This document shows positions 30,080-32,000 of a stretch of 32,000 nt of DNA, piece by piece (the first letter of the stretch is position 1; every line of letters begins with the position of its first letter). The stretch lies in assembly GCF_029232205.1 (NCBI RefSeq), contig NZ_CP107255.1:90001-122000 (forward strand), written 5' to 3'. The position numbers and the translations under genes are program-made. The notes beneath the pieces were generated by a model, which saw nothing but the letters and a program-made list of their open reading frames with translations, had not been told where the DNA came from and did not search any database. The stretch is from Candidatus Saccharimonadota bacterium. Its GTDB lineage: Archaea > Nanohalarchaeota > Nanosalinia > Nanosalinales > Nanosalinaceae.

Positions 30080-30505
30080 TTATCTTCTTTCTCTGTACTC
30101 GGTGATTAGGCCTTTAATCTTCTGGTCGTTTTTTATCTCCAGAGTGTTGCGGAAGTAGGAGTAGATTCTTCCTATACTATCTGTGTCAAGTGATTCCAAG
30201 GCCTTTTCCACGGGCTTCTCATTTTCTGTTTCTTTTTCATCTTTGTAGGATTCTGGTTCCAGAATGTGTTTTACAGGGCCTTCTTGATAGGTCTCTACGT
30301 AGAGTGCTTCCCATGTTGCAGGATTATTTTCGGTCTTAAGTATTGTGTCTGTGTCGGCGTGTTTCAGTACGCGGCCAACGAAATCAGGTTCCAGTTCTTC
30401 GCTGAATTCTGCTATGTCGCTGCTGGTGAAGGAGCTTGTTTCCTCGTTGATGTATTCCTCTATTACTGGCATTACTTCTTCCTGGTATCGGAGTTCCCAG
30501 CTCAT
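30080..30505 (-). CDS. Hypothetical acidic protein (141 aa)
   Basis: ATG 30505 lies 4 nt downstream of the ThyX-like stop on the same strand. I recognise no family. Confidence 0.45.
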   Translation of the reverse strand: MSWELRYQEEVMPVIEEYINEETSSFTSSDIAEFSEELEPDFVGRVLKHADTDTILKTENNPATWEALYVETYQEGPVKHILEPESYKDEKETENEKPVEKALESLDTDSIGRIYSYFRNTLEIKNDQKIKGLITEYRERR

Positions 30506-30509
30506 GCGA

Positions 30510-32000
30510 TCACGTGTGCAGATCTGTTTCTCCTGGCTGAATCCTCATCAATTCTTTCACCGGGGCGTTTCTGTATACGTCCTTGATGCCTTTTCCTTCA
30601 GGGTATTCTTCCAGGCCTAGCAGCCATGGATATTCTCTGGCTGCTTCTTCTGCCAGGTTGAATGCGTCTTCACGGTATGAGAAGTTTCCTTCAGGCGTTG
30701 ATCGCAAGTTTACAAAGTATTGAAGCTGATCAAGGCCTATGCTCATAGTAATTGTTGTCATTGTAGCCATTGGCAGGACGTACTGCGCCTGCAGTTTGAA
30801 GTCCTCTCTAATCTGTTTTTCCGCTTCGTGCGCTATCTGCATTGTCTCTTCAAAGAGTTCTCCTGCTTTCTCAGGCATTTCATCGACTACTTCTGGCCTG
30901 TAGTATCCCATGTCGAGGCTGTAGATGTTTTCTCCTCTATCGTTTTTCTGGTGTCTTCTCAGATCTCTTAGAGCGCCTACATCTGTTTTTATCTCGATCG
31001 TCAGTTTCTCGATGTCATATTCTTCGTTGCGGCCTACCCATTCATCGTAGGTGTTCCGGCCCTCGACTGTTCTCTCCAGCACATCGATTTTCTCGTTGTA
31101 GCTCATCTCCTCTGACTTCTGGAAGGCCTGTTTGAAGCTGCAGGAGTTGTTTTCCTTGAGGGTGTGGGCCACTAGCTTGTTGAGAAGGTTTTCTGGCGCG
31201 GATATTATTTCAACTCCTTTTTCGATTTCCTCTCCTTCTGAATCCATTTCAAATTCGCCGTTGTACAGATTTAGTTTATCGGAGCGGTATTCGCTTTTCT
31301 CCGTGTATTTCAGTAGTGAAGGCGCTATCTGGCCTCCTGAGTCTTCCAGTTTCTCTGCTGCGTCGTTCATTTCGCTGAGAGGGCTGCTTTTCCATGATGC
31401 GATGTCAAATTCTGTGCTTCTGGCGTCAAGCGCCCAGGCAATGTTTGTCTGAATGGCCTGCGGAAGAAGAAATCTTGCGATGTCAAGGGCCTTTCCGTCG
31501 AGTTCTCTCTTGTATTTTCTCTCTAGGAAACCTTCTGATTTCTCCTGTGTTTCTTCTGATTGTTTTTCCAGCCATTCTTCGTAAGGTAGTTGTTCTCTGT
31601 AGTATTCTTTGGCTATTTCTGTGAACTCCTTGTAGTTTTCGGTCATTTTCTCGATGGTTTCTGTGTATTTTTCGGAGTGCTCGCTTTCCATGATGTCTGG
31701 ATCTTTGTAGTAGTTGTCTTTGTCGAATTCTACGTAGCGGGTGCTTTGTTCGATGAAAAATGCTAGCTGGTCTTCTGCAAGTTTTCTCGCGAATATCTGG
31801 CTGACGTCATTTGCTACGAACGGAATCCAGACAGTGTTTGCAATTGATTTGTGGCCGTATGTTCCGTAGTATTTTTCAAAGAAGCTCTGGGATTTTTCAA
31901 GGCCTGATTGAAGGCCTTTCTGCGGGTGTTCGTAGATATCTCCTTCTTTTTCGTCTGCTGTTCTTGCCAGTTTCTCCAGTCTTTCTTCGCCGCCTTCTAT
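30510..32000 (-). CDS. Tandem-repeat ThyX-like (Thy1-domain) protein, N-terminus outside window
   Basis: The listed ORF starts at M 31691. I translated 31692-32000 in the same frame and found no stop (103 sense codons), giving ...YGHKSIANTVWIPFVANDVSQIFARKLAEDQLAFFIEQSTRYVEF... The protein has two ThyX-like halves (GH.S / S.RY / AR.LLP..T....DARS, then ALRDLRRHQ / AQYVLPMAT...NLRS). Confidence 0.65.
   Translation of the reverse strand: MEGGEERLEKLARTADEKEGDIYEHPQKGLQSGLEKSQSFFEKYYGTYGHKSIANTVWIPFVANDVSQIFARKLAEDQLAFFIEQSTRYVEFDKDNYYKDPDIMESEHSEKYTETIEKMTENYKEFTEIAKEYYREQLPYEEWLEKQSEETQEKSEGFLERKYKRELDGKALDIARFLLPQAIQTNIAWALDARSTEFDIASWKSSPLSEMNDAAEKLEDSGGQIAPSLLKYTEKSEYRSDKLNLYNGEFEMDSEGEEIEKGVEIISAPENLLNKLVAHTLKENNSCSFKQAFQKSEEMSYNEKIDVLERTVEGRNTYDEWVGRNEEYDIEKLTIEIKTDVGALRDLRRHQKNDRGENIYSLDMGYYRPEVVDEMPEKAGELFEETMQIAHEAEKQIREDFKLQAQYVLPMATMTTITMSIGLDQLQYFVNLRSTPEGNFSYREDAFNLAEEAAREYPWLLGLEEYPEGKGIKDVYRNAPVKELMRIQPGETDLHT

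Noticed and set aside
1-32000. Search for CRISPR arrays, transposases, integrases, toxin-antitoxin pairs or classic defence genes
   Set aside because: I found no direct-repeat/spacer periodicity, no terminal inverted repeats, and no DDE, tyrosine-recombinase or nuclease signatures in any ORF. The window looks like core chromosome rather than a mobile or defence island.

Overview
Gene-dense archaeal chromosomal segment, roughly 93-95% coding by my coordinates. It holds 35 protein-coding genes, two of them cut by the window edges. I see no rRNA, tRNA, CRISPR array, transposase or integrase. Archaeal hallmarks are an ADP-dependent sugar kinase, a short archaeal TIM, type II GAPDH, GGGP synthase, archaeal NMNAT, Hel308 and archaeal-type MinD. 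The proteome is strongly acidic (D/E-rich), GC looks mid-40s % by eye, spacers are tiny or negative, and many genes have a TATA-like box about 25-30 nt before the start codon (leaderless-looking). Together these suggest a halophilic, genome-reduced archaeon, most compatible with Nanohaloarchaeota/DPANN. That placement is inference; no search was possible and all family calls rest on motifs I recognise in the ORF translations. Content by region: (i) Bases 1-16.4 kb and 22.5-24.1 kb form a dense alpha-glucan (glycogen) plus upper-glycolysis/gluconeogenesis island. It carries phosphohexomutase, ADP-dependent kinase, TIM, archaeal debranching enzyme, a eukaryote-type GT3 glycogen synthase, PGI, two GT4/GT5 glycosyltransferases plus a stand-alone half glycosyltransferase, GH57, GAPDH, class I FBA and FBPase. 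A SAM methyltransferase, an alpha/beta hydrolase and an HxHxQ-type HIT protein are embedded in it. (ii) 18.8-22.4 kb is a single-strand block: PRX-like redoxin, three tandem DUF2268-like HExxH metallopeptidase paralogues (one with the motif destroyed), an orphan acidic protein and isoaspartyl methyltransferase. (iii) 27.2-30.1 kb is a Shine-Dalgarno-led three-gene secreted/surface module. Two of its proteins share an unusual post-signal motif, one is a lamin-tail-domain protein, and one is a stalked, C-terminally anchored putative glycoprotein. A tRNA-like hairpin plus T5 tract separates gene 1 from genes 2-3. (iv) A tandem-repeat ThyX-like protein with degenerate RHRxxS signatures runs off the right edge. 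My best candidates for something undescribed are the surface module, the redoxin/DUF2268-like block, and the modified-glucan reading of the glycosyltransferase/methyltransferase/hydrolase/GH57 block with its half glycosyltransferase. A window-wide, codon-phase-independent excess of GGCC (mostly AGGCC/GGCCT) is also notable.
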